A stretch of 64,000 bases of DNA. Source: Eledone cirrhosa. Lineage: Eukaryota. Numbering within the stretch: the stretch's first letter is position 1; each line of letters starts with the position of its first letter. Location of the stretch: contig OZ024755.1 in assembly GCA_964016885.1 (NCBI GenBank), forward strand, positions 23,932,001 to 23,996,000, given 5' to 3'. This document shows, in pieces, positions 39,034-52,530 of this stretch. The position numbers and the translations under genes are program-made. Below the pieces are notes generated by a model. That model was not told where the DNA came from. It worked only from the letters and a program-made list of their open reading frames with translations, and ran no database searches.

Positions 39034-39036
<3 letters not shown>
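38148..39036 (+). mobile_element. Internally deleted DD37D (maT-family) Tc1/mariner transposon
   Basis: 27-bp TIRs CAGGGTG(T/C)GGAC(T/G)ATATTTGTTTGCAA with TA flanks. The transposase remnant 38421-38753 has WQQD..WPPSSPDCNLLD, with 37 residues between the second and third Asp. Confidence 0.92.
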
Positions 39037-39083
<47 letters not shown>

Positions 39084-39151
39084 GTATGTAGTATTATCAT
39101 CATTTCATGCCTGTTTTCTCTAATAGCAAGGGTTATACATACATACATACA

Positions 39152-39187
<36 letters not shown>

Positions 39188-39381
39188 TATATTGACACAC
39201 CTTGAGATCCCTGTACCAGTGGAGCTGCCGAACCCCCTGCCGTGGAATAACTCTCTCGATTCCACAGGTGGACAACACTATGAAACCTATAGATATCAAC
39301 GACTTACTATGTCACCTGGCATTCTTGATGATTTTATATGAAGAAAACAGTTCTATTCCTGTAGAAGTAGAGTGGGTATAG

Positions 39382-39768
39382 AGATAATTGTTTCTACTTT
39401 TGGCACAAGGCCAGCAATTATCCCAGTACATTACTGGTACTTTATTTTATCGACCCTGTAAGGATGAAAGGCAAAGTTAACCTCTGCAGGATTTGAACTC
39501 AGATCATAAAGGGAGGTAACTCTATGCTTCAAAACATGGCGTCCGACCCTCTCCCGATACTGCCAATCCACCGCCCGTGGGTATAGCGATAATTGTTTCT
39601 ACTTTAGGCACAAGGCCAGCAATTACCCAGTGCATTAGTGGTACTTTATTTTATCGACCCTGTAAGGATGAAAGGCAAAGTCAACCTCGGCGGGATTTGA
39701 ACTCAGACTGTAAAGGGACGTAACTATGCTAGAAAGCATGGCATCCAACCCTCTACCGATACTGCCAA
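39382..39768 (-). mobile_element. Two tandem SINE family A copies
   Basis: Units about 39588-39768 and 39382-39574, with duplicated flank ATTATC.CTATACCCAC. Confidence 0.88.
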
Positions 39769-39776
39769 TAGAGATA

Positions 39777-40057
39777 ATGTTATATCATATATACTGACTC
39801 TTCAATTATAATTATCAAAGCCATGCTAGTGTGGAAGACAGACGTTAAATGATGATATAGAAAGAGAGATGTGTAAAATCCCAACCATGATACCAAGCAG
39901 TTTCAGCTTGAGTGTTTAACCCAGCCTTGTTTAACACACAAGCTGAAACCGCTTGGTGCCATGGTTGGGATTTTACACATCTCTCTTTCTATATATATAT
40001 ATATATATGTATATAGTGATAATTATAATTGAAGAGTCAATATATATGATATAACAT
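39777..40057. repeat. Nested inverted repeats
   Basis: Outer 41-bp IR (39777-39817 / 40017-40057) encloses an inner hairpin with arms of about 60 bp (39855-39994). Confidence 0.85.
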
Positions 40058-40399
40058 AAGTATATATTTAAGTTTAGAACTTTCATCATCATCGTTTAAC
40101 GTCTATCTTCCACGCTAGCATGGGTTTAGAACTTTGTATTATCATATTATATCCATCAGTTATCATAGTTGCCAACAGTCATTTTCAGTCATTTATTAGT
40201 CAACAGTCAAAATATAACAATACTTTCTAAATCCTATAATTTACTGTAAATAAACAAACTTATTTGAGCCCATTGTGACATGAGGGGATAGTCAGTGATC
40301 TGTGGGAACCCTCAGGTAGATACACAAACAGAGATAGAAGGAAAATAAATTACATTGATAGCCTGCTAGAAGATACTTAAAGTTTCTTTTTTTTTTTTA

Positions 40400-40735
40400 A
40401 ACCCCCCTTCGGTCACGAATGACCATGGGATTTGCACCTAGAAAGTTTCCCTCTGAGGCACAAGTCCAGGCAAAGTTGTCTGTGGAAGACCAGCAGTCAT
40501 TGATGCATACCAACCTCCCCTCTCCATGCCACCGATGTTGTCCAAGGGAAAGACAATGGCTGATACAGCTTGACACCAGTGACATCGGAACTTATTTCTA
40601 CAGCTGAGTAAACTGGAGCAATGTGAAATAAAGTGTCTTGCTCAAGGACACAACGCGTCACCCAGTCCGAGAATCAAACTCACAACCTTCTGATTGCAAG
40701 CCCAATGTTGTAACCACTAAGACATGTGCCTTCAA
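40400..40735 (-). mobile_element. SINE family B, full length with A-tail
   Basis: Head, CORE-like domain, 3' stem-loop; T-run at 40385-40398. Confidence 0.82.
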
Positions 40736-41094
40736 CATGGAAGATACTGGAGTGGATAATATAAAAGAGCCCAGAATGATGATAATAAATAGAGAGCTTT
40801 GGAGGATAAGTATAAAACAGGTGGGTGACCTAGTAATTGCCATAAATTGATTATTGACAAGGGAGGAAACTAATTAAAATTGTAATGATGGATTATTGTT
40901 GCACATTACGGAAATAAAGCAGACTAGAACTGTGCATTGTCTGTATATTGTTAATGTGGAATTTATATCCCTTGATAAGCTTCCAAATATGTTGTTTTTT
41001 TTTTATGTTAGAATATGTATTTTATATAATCAAAATATGGAGAAGATAGTAATTACATGCCAGGATAGCTGGAATGTGTTATTATTTGTTGCTG

Positions 41095-41288
41095 CAGGTG
41101 GATTGGCAGAGTTGGTAGAGCATTGGACAAATGTGTCACAGCATTTGTTTTGGCCCTTTATGCTCTGAGTTCAGATCCCACCAAGGTTAGCTTTGATAAA
41201 ATAAAGTCCCAGTTACACACAGGCTGATTTAATCGACTTTCCCTTCCCCAAAATTGTTGACTTTTTGCCTAAATCAGAAACCATTATT
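41095..41288 (+). mobile_element. SINE family A, older subfamily
   Basis: A and B boxes plus a diverged body; similar copies at 23500-23716, 27238-27400, 47966-48183 and 57710-57870. Confidence 0.7.
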
Positions 41289-41539
41289 TGCTTCTGCAGG
41301 TGAAAAAATTTAATGAAATGAACTGTGTTGTTGCTTGAGATTAAATATCTAAAATCAAATTATTAGAAATAAAGAATTAAGAGTTTATTATATCAAGCCA
41401 GGGGATGGCAGAAAAGGAAATGGACAGGAAGGAGTTTAGCAGAATGTATGGCAATGACAATAGACAGGAAAAGATGGAGAGTGCTGGTCCATAAGGTATG
41501 ACCATCAGGTATGAGGCTATAGGCTATATATCAAGCCAC

Positions 41540-42195
41540 TAGCCCCTGATAGCCTGCAAAGATTACCATAGCTCCACCTGGACCCTGATATCTTGCCATG
41601 ATTACCTTATCCCCATCTGACCCCTAGAACTCTACAAGATTACCAGAGCCCCACCTGGCCACTGGTACCCTGCAAAGATTACCATAGACCCACCTGGCCA
41701 CTGGTACCCTGCAAAGATTACCATAGACCCACCTGGCCACTGGTACCCTGCAAAGATTACCTTAGCCCCACCTGGCCACTGGTACCCTGCAAAGATTACC
41801 ATAGACCCACCTGGCCACTGGTACTCTGCAAAGATTACCATAGACCCGCCTGGCCACTGGTACCCTGCAAAGATTACCTTATCCCCACCTGGCCACTGGT
41901 ACCCTGCAAAGATTACCTTATCCCCACCTGGCCACTGGTACCCTGCAAAGATTACCATAGACCCACCTGGCCACTGGTACCCTGCAAAGATTACCTTAGC
42001 TCCACCTGACCCCTGATATCCTGCAAAGATTACCTTAGTTCCACCTGGCCCCTGATATCCTGCAAAGATTACTTTAGACCCACCTGACCTCTGAAATCCT
42101 GTAAAGATTACCTTAGTTCCACCTGGCCCCTGATATCCTGCAAAGATTACTTTAGCTCCACCTGGCCCCTGGTATCCTGTAAAGAATACCTTAGT
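41540..42195. repeat. 39-bp minisatellite, about 16-17 copies
   Basis: Unit CCACCTGGCCACTGGTACCCTGCAAAGATTACCATAGAC, homogeneous in the centre and diverged at the edges. Confidence 0.95.
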
Positions 42196-42482
42196 TGTCA
42201 TTCTTCTTGTTCCTAATTCCATTCCCCCTTGCTCACCCCTGAATCTCTGGTCAGTCTCCCCAACTCTGTTCATGGGTTTGAGAGGACTCAACAATTATGA
42301 CACTGACTGACAACTTCTCTAGTGATGGTACCACAACAAAAGCACCCAGTACTGTCTGTAAAATGTTTGGTATTAGGAATGGCATCCAGCCATAGAAAAC
42401 TTGCCAAACATAGGGTTGAGAGGATGCTTTAGTTGAATCAAAGACATGACATCTTTACTACTTGTACCAGTAGACTCTTTAA

Positions 42483-42703
42483 CCTTTTAGCATTTAAACC
42501 AACCATATCCAGCTAAAATTCTCTCACTTCTTTCTGTTCAAACTGGCCATAACTGGCTGCTCATACTGACGTTAAGGTATTGTTCTCAAAATAAATAACA
42601 TCAAAATCTCGTAGATTCGATATCATGTGAGATAAATATGTAAGATAAAGCCTTTACCACAAAAATACAATAGTATATATAGAGTAATGTAAATACTAAA
42701 GAG
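42483..42703 (+). mobile_element. piggyBac-type MITE, 221 bp
   Basis: TTAA-CCTTTTAGCATTTA ... TAAATACTAAAGAG-TTAA. Confidence 0.82.
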
Positions 42704-43229
42704 TTAAATTACTAGAATATTTGTAAGGAAAATGTGAGGCCTTGGCCTATTTAAGGGTTCAGTGGCTCTGATGAAGAGATGATTTTGTCTATGACAAAAT
42801 GGGTTGGATGTATATCATAAACATATATATGTAATTTTCTGCGATTCTGTCATGACACATAAAAGAGAGAGGAGTAGTTTGACTACCTCATACTACTCCT
42901 CTCTCTTTATGCCAGTTGCCTACGTGGATGTATGTGTGTGTAAAAGGAAGGAAGGGGATGGTGAAAAAACTAATCTGTGTGTGAGTGTATGAGTGTGTGT
43001 TTGTGTGAGTGTATGTGCGTGTGAATGTATGTGTGTGTGAATGTATGTCTATGTGTGTGTATTTTTGTAAGTGTATCTGTGTTTGTGCATTTATATTTAT
43101 ATACTCATACATATAAATGTATGCATATGCACATACACACTCGCACACACATATACACATGCATCAATGTGTGGAAAATATTCTAGTATATATATATTGG
43201 CTGGCTGAATACACAAATGCTTTTCCACA

Positions 43230-43520
43230 AAACACTTTTTCTGTTCTTTCTTCTTCTCACTCTCTACCTTTCTCACTCTCTACCTTTCTATTTCATCATT
43301 AATTTCACATTCTATCTTCTGATGAAGGATTAGTGTCTGAAACATAAAAATTGTTTCCCTACTATATCAAGCATGAAATTAATATATTTCTTTATTATAC
43401 TATGTTGCTTCTGTTTACTGTGTGCGTGTGTGTGTGTAACCTCCTCTACTAATGTATTGAGTACCTTATTTAACTATGGTTTCCTTCTGTTCCTCTTCAG
43501 AAATTCATTCTGTTCTTATA
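43230..43520 (+). mobile_element. Old copy of the 12035-12222 hammerhead element, including the GAGTAC tail
   Basis: TCTT-CTGATGA-A-GGAT-TAGT-GTCT-GAAA-CAT at 43315-43350, homologous downstream sequence, then CTCCTCTACTAATGTATTGAGTACCTTA. Confidence 0.65.
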
Positions 43521-43562
43521 ATAAATATAATATATATATATATATAGATAGATATACATACA

Positions 43563-43671
43563 CAGGGTCTCCCTGCCAAAAATGTATACACACTTTTGTT
43601 ACCTGTACAGGCAATATTTATGAGAATGCTGTTGAAGTGTGCATTCGTTTTTTGGGGGGAGGGACACCTTG
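43563..43671. mobile_element. About 100-bp Tc1/mariner-type MITE
   Basis: CAGGGTCTCCC..AAAAATGTATACAC ... GGGACACCTTG; same core as 49437-49535. Confidence 0.7.
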
Positions 43672-44587
43672 TGAGTATGTGTGTAAGTGTGTGTATGTGT
43701 GTGTATATGGATTTTAGTCTTCAAATTTATTATTATTACTATTATATATATATAGATAGATAGATAGATAGATAGAGATATAAATTATATATATCTATAT
43801 GTATATATGTTTGTTTGTGTGTAGGTATGTGGTTAATTTACTAATACCAACTAGTCAACATAGAAGTAGAATTAGTATCTATTTTTGCAACTTTGTAGAT
43901 AGAAAGTGAACAATGAGTCATGTCTAAAAACAAGTTGTTGCATTTAGTATAGTTTAAATCCATGACCACAAGCAATAGCTTCCTAACACCTTAAGTATAT
44001 ATAAAACCATTGTACATCTTTAAAATATTATTTAATGTGAAGATATAATAACTGACTTTTTTTTTACTTTCTGATTCTTAACCAAATTTTATATCTAGCA
44101 GAGAGAACAATTATCTTCAGAAAAAAAGGTAAAAAAAATACCAGTCTCTAGAAAGTGGAGTAAGTAAACAAACCTCTAATTATAGTTGTACTCTTTACAG
44201 ACATGATGTCTCAAACATCTGTTTGTTACAATTACAGATGGTTTTCTTATGGAACAGATATCAAAGCCTAACATATGAATATATAATTACTGGCTGATGC
44301 AAGTGGTTAATATGTTGGTTGGGTTTGATAGATTATTTTATCTAGTTTGCACCACACATATATGTTTACAAACTGAAAAATATACATCCCAAAACTTATG
44401 CCAGCAACATTACTCTTTCTTTCTTCATACATGTATGTATGTATATGTGTGATCCTATGAGTTTAATTTATGTATATATATATATATATATATATATAGA
44501 TATATATACATATATATATATATATACATCTAACCCATGCTAGCGTGGAAAAACGGACGTAAAACGGTGATGATGATGGATATATAT

Positions 44588-44753
44588 ATAGGAACGAGTA
44601 GGACCCCGACGGCTGAGCTCAAGCCGTTTCGACGGCTAATTCTGGCTCAGCCGTCGGGGCCCTACTCGTTCCTATTACCCACTCTACTACCCTAAGTATT
44701 GAGTACTTTGGTGCGTTATGGTCCACCTGGTTCCTTACCACATTTCCTTCGTT
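44588..44753 (+). mobile_element. Young copy of the 1107 family
   Basis: Same start and tail as 1107-1301; right arm internally deleted; TA flanks. Confidence 0.82.
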
Positions 44754-45759
44754 ATATATATATATATAAATATATCATCATCTTCATTTTACGTCCGCTT
44801 TTCCCTGCTTGCAAGGGTATATATATAAAGTAAACAGAAATAACAACACAATCGGTACAGTATATGGAGGAATATATTAGGTTAACGCTTGAAATAGCAG
44901 GAAGAGGGTCTTCTCCAATTGCTCTTTGAACATTTACACAGGGATCCTTTTAAACCCGAAAATATTTGAAATTTATAAATTTGCCATGGTAAAATTCTAT
45001 CGTCCTCACTCTTTCCTCTAAAACTTGGCTCATTTAATCTTGCACTGGAGGGCTTCCAAATATTTAAACCTATTTAAATTTGTATATATATATATATCAT
45101 CATCATCACCACCACCATTTTACGTCTATTCTTTCACGCTAGCATGGGTTAGACAAGTTGTCCTGTTGTGGGCAATGCCAGGTCAGGTGACTGTGTCTTG
45201 CTCATACAGAACTGATTTTGGCTATAACCAACCTCATTTACAGTGAGTACTGGGTGAATTTTTGCTGTGACATCTACACGACCACTTTATAGTGAGGGCT
45301 AGGTGATTTTTTGTTGTGACACCAACACAACCACTTTACAGTGGGAAGGGGTGGGAGTCATACTGTCTATATGCTTCTTCCAGTCTGGCCTTCTGTTGTC
45401 ATTTTATAAATACTTTACTCTGTTCCTACGCCAACCACTGGATAACACATCTATAATGGCTAGCTTGCATAGCATTGAGTACTTTAATTTGTTACATCCT
45501 GATTTGCCTACCAGAACCACCAGCTCTACCCTTAGGTAATCAAAATAACTTAAATGGTATATATATATATATATATTAGTAGTAGTAATAGTTTGGTAAA
45601 GATATATCCAAAATGCAGAGCAACTCAAGTTCGTAGGACAAGTTTTGATATAATTATTAAGGCCAGTTACTACAATAGCACCTTAACAAGGATGTATGTT
45701 TCATTAGCCCACACTTCCAACAGGAAGAAATGCCAAAGAGACCATAATCAGCAACATTT

Positions 45760-46630
45760 TGTACATGGCGTCTATGATGACTTCTAAGACCACACTCATT
45801 GCACAAAGTCATTTTGAGCAACTGATAATCCAGTTAAAGTAATATTGTGGAGACCTTTGCCAAACCGATCTTTAATTTTTCCTGCTCAAAATAAAAATGT
45901 TCAAATTGCTGTTTTCCATTAAACACTGTTTACCTCCAAGATGATCGATCTAAGGCAATGTCTTCCCAGTTATCTTCTCAAAGGACTTTATCAAAACTCT
46001 TTTGATGTAGTCTTTATACCAGAGTTGTGGTTTATGTCTTGGCCATTTGCCTTTGACTGACTCCCTCTACAGTAACTGCTTAGGAATACGATGACTTGGC
46101 ATTCTTTCAAATGGCCGCTCTAGCACAATCTATATTGAATTTTGAGAGATTCAATACTTTCAAAATGACTTAATTCCAGCAATAGAAATCTCACATCAAC
46201 ACCAGAAACGGCCATATAATTTACCAAAAGAATCACTTTAGTTGTAACTTATAACTTTACTGGTTTCACAAGTTTTGTTATATTCAAATGTTAAGAGAGA
46301 TAGAGAAGTGTGTGGCTATTCTGTCGTGTATCATGCATCTAAATTGCTTTGGGAAGTTCTTCCAGTTTTATGCAAAATGTCTCACTCAGATTGCTATATC
46401 TTTAAAATACAATTTGATAGGTTGAAGAAGATCACGACTAGACATCGAATTTTGTAGTAATTCCATGCCAAAAATCGGGAGTGCCATAGTTCTTTCAGTT
46501 TCATGCAAATTATACTTTAAACAGATAGCAATTTGAGCCAGTTTTTTTTCAAAGTAAGCTGTAACAATTTCTACCCATCTACAGTTAATTTCTAATGGTA
46601 AAGACACATTATTTACTATCAAACACAATG
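45760..46630 (-). pseudogene. Degraded RTE LINE 3' coding region
   Basis: Minus-strand pieces resemble GH..RMP.HRIPKQLL..GK.PRHKPQLWYKD, DNWEDIALDRSSWR and terminal GLRSHHRRH. Confidence 0.75.
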
Positions 46631-47767
46631 GTAAAACTATTGATGAATATTTGACAAAACTGAGAAAACAAACGTGTATGTGAGTTTAATGATTTGAGAG
46701 ACAGTTTGGTTTTTCATATATTTCTTCTTATTCTACATGATATGGGCTATTATGTTGACTAAGAACAAATGTCAGACAAAAAACAAAAAAAAAACATTGA
46801 ATATTAACAAAACTTTTATCTATTTTATACTGTATGGTTCATAGAAATAAAGAATTAGTAGAAAAGTATTTCTGAATATATTTACCATAAAGTATTTTAT
46901 CTTATAAAAGAAAAGATAAAACAAAACAATCCAATGAAAAACGAATGAAATGGCATTAACAGGAATTAAATGACAATCTTATATATATAAAATTCTAAAT
47001 AAGCACACCTGTTATAGAGCTCACATGACTGACCATTCCATCTATTGAATGATATTGTATGAGAAAGCCACACACATGCACCTGGATTAAAATCCAATCA
47101 ATTAACTTTTCAGAAAATATTAATCAGTTCTCTCTTCTGAAATGTATTTAGGTATTTAGGTATGTAGTAATTTTTTTTTTAATGGTTTTCTTTTTTTAAA
47201 AAGTGTTTTAAATTCCTGTGCAGAAAATAACAGGAAGATGAAATGGAAATAATGTTATTTAAGTAAGTATATACTACTCAACCTCATTGAAATCATCATC
47301 ATTCTCATCTTCATTCATTTTCCATTAGATTGTCCATGTTTGCATGGATATATATGGCTAGACTTATCTCTCGACACAGACAACCAATCTGGCCCATGCA
47401 AGCATGGAAAAATGGATGTAAAACAGTGAAGATGATGAAAATCATATATATATGTGTGTGTGTACGTGTGAATGTGTCTGTGTGAGTCCCAGGTTCAATT
47501 GGGAGTAACCACAGTAAGGTACTCAAAACATTAGTAGAGTGTATACAACAAATTTAATATAGAAATTGCTTGAAGATTGCATCCAGCATGTCCTTAGTTC
47601 AATTACTAAAACTAGTAAAATAATTTTTTTAAAAATAATTCAAGAATGCAACATATGATATCTATCAATGCATTTTGAAGTAAAATGTGAGTGGATAAAA
47701 TATGAACTGTCTGGCTACATGCTGTAAGATCAGATTCACTATAGGTGTCTTGTTCTGTGTCTGGAAG

Positions 47768-47810
<43 letters not shown>

Positions 47811-48644
47811 TCATCATCGTCGATTAATTTCTATCTTCCACGCTACCATAGGTTTAGATGGGAATTGTCCCACTTGAGGCAAGATTGGTCGGGTGACCGT
47901 GTCTTGCTCGTAGACTTGAAACTCTTGATAGAGTCATAGGAGTGACATTATGACACGGGAATGTAGGGTGGTGGATTGGCAGTATCAGTAGGGAGTTAGA
48001 CAATATGCTTTGTGGCATAGAGTTACAGTAATATATGCTCTGAGTTCAAATCCTGCCGAGGTTAGATTTGCCTTTCATCCTTACCAGATCAATAAAATAA
48101 AGTATCAGTAATGCACTGGGGTTAATTTAATCAACCTTCACCTCCCCTAAATTGTTGGCCTTTTACCTGAATCAGAAACCTTTATGACATGGGCATGTTA
48201 AACCTGATAGAGCTCATCACCTCTCCAGGTCTGAACACAAACAGCTGAAATGAATACCACAAATCATCCTATCCAACATTCTAATGACTCTGCCTATTTG
48301 CTGCTTAGGAACACTATAAAGCCTCAATTCACATAGCTATCAAAGATAAGTGCCATATTCTCAGGTCAATAGAGCTGATCTCTTATTGATAAATAGTTCT
48401 GATCATCAACAATGATTAAACAATTGATAAACACTTCTGATCATCAGCAATGACTAAACAATTGATTCTACTTATTTCTTTTATTTTAAAGGATAAATAT
48501 TACATGTGAGAGTATTTCAATTTTCAAACTAGAAATCGGAAAAGCAGTTGACATAAAACCGGCTACATCAATACTGATTATATAAAACTGTACCATGTTA
48601 GCATGGAAGATGGACGTTAGAAGATGATGATGATGATATAAAAC

Positions 48645-49170
48645 CAGTAATGCACCAGCTTCAGCATTCTGTCATGAGAAGAAGGGGGTAGGCGTAAAAA
48701 CCAAACTCGGTATCTTCAATTCAATTTTCATGCCAACCCTTAGCTATGGTCATGAATCTTGGGTAATGACCCAAAGAATACGATCGTGAATACAAGTAGC
48801 TGAAATTGGGTTCTTCTGAAGGGTCTTTGCAGTAACATTACTCGATAGAGTTCATATCTCGGAGATCAGAGAGGCACTCCAGTTAGAGCCACTACTTCTC
48901 TGAATTGAGAGATCACAGCTCTGATATTGTGAGCATGTGGTTAGAATATCTCAGGAAAGAATCACTGAACAGTTATTATGGGCAGGAGACCCAGGGGCAG
49001 ACCCCAAGCAAGATGGTTGGATAATATTCATGAGATTGGCTAGTCACACTTTGGGATCCATCCAGATCAACTGGAGATGGTTGCTTCTGACAGGACCCAC
49101 TGGAAGGAGTGTTTCAGGACTCTGCCCCCTACAACCCTCTCAGGAATAAGTGGGCAAAGATGAAGAAGAA
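48645..49170 (+). pseudogene. RTE LINE 3' region with (GAA)n tail
   Basis: KTKLGIFNSIFMPTLSYGHESWVMT..AEIGF..GRPQARWLD; multiple stops. Confidence 0.82.
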
Positions 49171-49436
49171 GAGATTTAAAAGCTATTTGTTTGAACCAAC
49201 TGTCATCCATAAACTAATGATGATATATGACTATAGGTCAGTGAAAATCTGATAGTTGTTAGGAGTGATTGCTAAGCTAAAACTTATTGATGTAGTTCAA
49301 TAATGTTCCTGTGTAATTAGCAATATTGAGAATCTATAAACAAAACTCTTTTACTTTTTCTATGACATACTGCTAATAAAAAGAAAACAGACATATACAA
49401 TGTGTGTGTGTGTGTGGATGAGTATGTATATATATA

Positions 49437-49535
49437 CAGGGTGCCCCCCAAAAATGTTTACACACTTTGATTACCTGTGCAGGCAATATTCATTAGAATG
49501 CTGTTGAAGTATGTATACATTTTTAGGACACGCTG
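49437..49535. mobile_element. 99-bp Tc1/mariner-type MITE
   Basis: TA-CAGGGTG.CC..AAAAATGT.TACA ... TGTATACATTTTTAGGACACGCTG-TA. Other copies at 6782, about 28990-29068 and 43563. Confidence 0.8.
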
Positions 49536-49559
49536 TATATAGCATTGAGTACTCTGATG

Positions 49560-49705
49560 AGTAATGGCCAGCAAAACCCACTGCAATATCCACCCCACTT
49601 CACGGGGATCCTTCCTCAGATGGGCTGCTGACATTCCAATCTCGCAGAGGAGCTCGGCAGTACGGGGACCAAGTACACCTGAGGTCTTGATGGCAACCAG
49701 AGCGT
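49560..49705 (-). pseudogene. CRE-like endonuclease fragment
   Basis: LVAIKTSGVLGPRTAELLCEIG..RKDPREVGWILQWVLLAI, homologous to ORF 35313-35537. Confidence 0.72.
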
Positions 49706-49878
49706 GTAAGAATAAAAATCATTAATCTCCTTTATTTGAACTCATGGCTTTCTGAACACAAAGTTGAATATTTTATCAAATCAATCATTTCATGGCTACT
49801 CAGAAAAAGATATAGATTTTAGTATGTCATAGTGCCAGTCATTGGATATACAGTGACATGTATATTGGCTGGAACTTC

Positions 49879-50248
49879 TTAGATTCTTCCGCGCCATTCG
49901 GCACATCGAGCAGTAAGTACTTGCCAACGGTCACGATCAGCGGCAACTTTTTCGAGACCGTGCCAGGTGATGTTGGCTGCCATCAGGTCCTTCCGGAACA
50001 TTCGTCGCCAGGTGATCCTTGGGCAACCCCGCCTCCGTTTACCGCCAGGCGGAGTCCAGTTCATCGCTGTTTTCGAATGCCGTTCATTTGGCAGATGCAA
50101 AATATGGCCAGCCAAATGGCACCGACACTCCGTGACCACTCTCTGTAGCGTCTACGACTCGGCTCTCCGCAGGATCTCCTTGTTTCACACTCAGTCGCGC
50201 CAGGACACATGGAGGATCTTTCGCAGGCACCGCTGGAACACACTTCTG
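49879..50248 (-). pseudogene. RTE LINE ORF 3' end
   Basis: SVFQRCLRKILHVSWRD..LAGHILHLPNERHSKTAMNWTPPGGKRRRGCPRITWRR..AADRDRW. Confidence 0.88.
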
Positions 50249-50772
50249 TAAATTATACCATTTGTTTGTAAAGAAAGAAGGCAGTTATATATATATATAT
50301 AAAACTGATGTTGTCTGTGTGTGTGTCCCCCATTTTTGCAAAGTCTATACAAATCCACATTTCTACTCCGATTGACTTCAAACTTGCATTTATATATTCC
50401 TTGCGATCTAAAGATACTAACTGTCACTTTTATTTTTCAATTTTCTGTTGTTAAAGGGGTGTTAGGCGCCGGTTATCGATCTCCATCGAGCCCTTATAAT
50501 ATCTGTCTGTATGTCTGGCTCTCTGCATAACGACATTCTGACGAACACGTCATTGCTGACGTATTATCTTCGCTACATTCACACACACACACACACACAT
50601 ACACACACATATATATATATACACATATACACATATATAAATATACACATAAAAATATATGTATATATACACACACACACATATATATATACATACATGC
50701 ATACATACACACATATATATATATATATATATGCATACATACACACACACATATATATTATATATGTATCTG

Positions 50773-50806
<34 letters not shown>

Positions 50807-51088
50807 GATACATTGTAGGTTGCTTTAACCCGTCTTGTATTATTCAAAAAACTTCTTGCCAATAAACATTAACCATTTGTGCGCCATTCATCTAACTGTA
50901 GACCAACAAATACCAAAAAACGGAGCGTTGACAAGAACGATGGCGAATGAATGTTCGAGATAAGCAGTTTCCTCCCGAGCTGTTAGTTCATGCAGGATTC
51001 TCTGCTACTCCTTTTCGTAATAATTCCGAACAACGTACTGCTGGTCACTCCTTCCTCCAAAAGCCGTACAAAGCATCTCTCTCTCTCT

Positions 51089-51152
<64 letters not shown>

Positions 51153-51629
51153 TAAAATAACAGATTAAAGTTTAAGCAAAGAATCGCTGCTTTCAACATT
51201 AACGGGATCTTCTGAAACTAAAAAATTTAATCTGTGAACGCAGAAGTAAATATTTCGAGAAACGTTGCAACCGAACGAAAACAGGAAGACAATATTTTGG
51301 TTCGTGAAGACGTTCCCTGGCAATGAACGGAAAATAAGAGAGGATAATACGTCGTTATGTGGACTGAGAAGAACAATTTCATGCAAAGACAAGACCAAGT
51401 TTATGGTATAAATGGAGTCGTTAGACTAATATTCTACTTAAAATAACCGAATAATTTCCAGCCCCAGAGTTTAAGAATGATGTAAATAAAATTGAAAACG
51501 AAAATGACAGAGGTTATTAAAATAGTAAAAGTAAATAGTGAAGATTTAGGCCAGTACATACGTATGCGCCGACGGCCATACACATACATATACATACGCA
51601 CACACAAATACATACACACATACGCACAT

Positions 51630-52042
51630 GCGTGTATGTGTAAGCCTTATGCATTTCTACAGTATTTTCACCAAACTTAAGACATAGGTCATGGGCACTT
51701 TCATTTTTCCAGATATTGATTATAGGGCCTCCCGGCAGATAACCCCCTTCAACCACTTCCTTGGAGTCGACTGAAGCACTGCAGTGCAATGCAACAAAAC
51801 GTCATAACTTCTGGAGTTCGCAACCGATTTTCACAAAACTTGACACATGGGCTACGTTTGTTCTACAGATGAATGTGAATTGGCACATATTGAGTAGGGG
51901 ACCCCTGGGGGCAGGAACCCCCTTTGGGAAAAGGCTGATGATTTTGTAAAAGTATAGTTTTCGAAGCAGCACTGAAGTATTGGCATAAATGGTATACACA
52001 ACTGCTATTTAATACCTGAGAAACGCTGGGTACTTCTGCTAG
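51630..52042 (+). mobile_element. Non-autonomous Helitron-type element, 3' end
   Basis: Subterminal hairpin TACCTGAGAAACGCTGGGTA followed by CTAG|T, and internal ACCGATTTTCACAAAACTTG motif. Similar 5'-type ends lie near 19298 and 50285. Confidence 0.65.
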
Positions 52043-52203
52043 TATATATATATAATTCATATACTAGTTTTAACAAGTACTGAAAAGATAGGGATTGATA
52101 GCAGAACTACTTGAGTTTATCTAGCACACTATGTCAAAAGGTTGTTAACTTTACAACTATTAATTTTCCGGGCTATTAACTTCATCTTTAGAGTATAGGT
52201 TTG

Positions 52204-52530
52204 CAACAACAGCAATGATGATGATGATGGTAACAGCATCAATAACAACAACAATGATGATGATGATGATGAATATAGCAGCGACGACGATGACAACAGC
52301 AGCAGCAACAGCAGCAGCAACAGCAGCAGCAATGATGATGATAGCAGTAGCAAGAACAACAACAGTACTAACAGCACCACCAACAGCTACAACAACAGTA
52401 ACAACAACATCAACAACAGCAACACCACCACCAACAACATCATCAGCAACACCAACAACAACAACAACATTATCAACAACAACAACAACAGCAGCAATGA
52501 CGATGATAGTAGCAGCAACAAGAACAAGAA
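52204..52530. repeat. Mixed trinucleotide tract (CAA/CAG/GAT)
   Basis: Directly visible. Confidence 0.92.

Noticed and set aside
50820-51430. Second promoter or coding exon
   Set aside because: CpG-rich but all frames are short, and part of it (51150-51200) matches a dispersed repeat at 9160-9200 and 6005-6030, so it is more likely transposon-derived.
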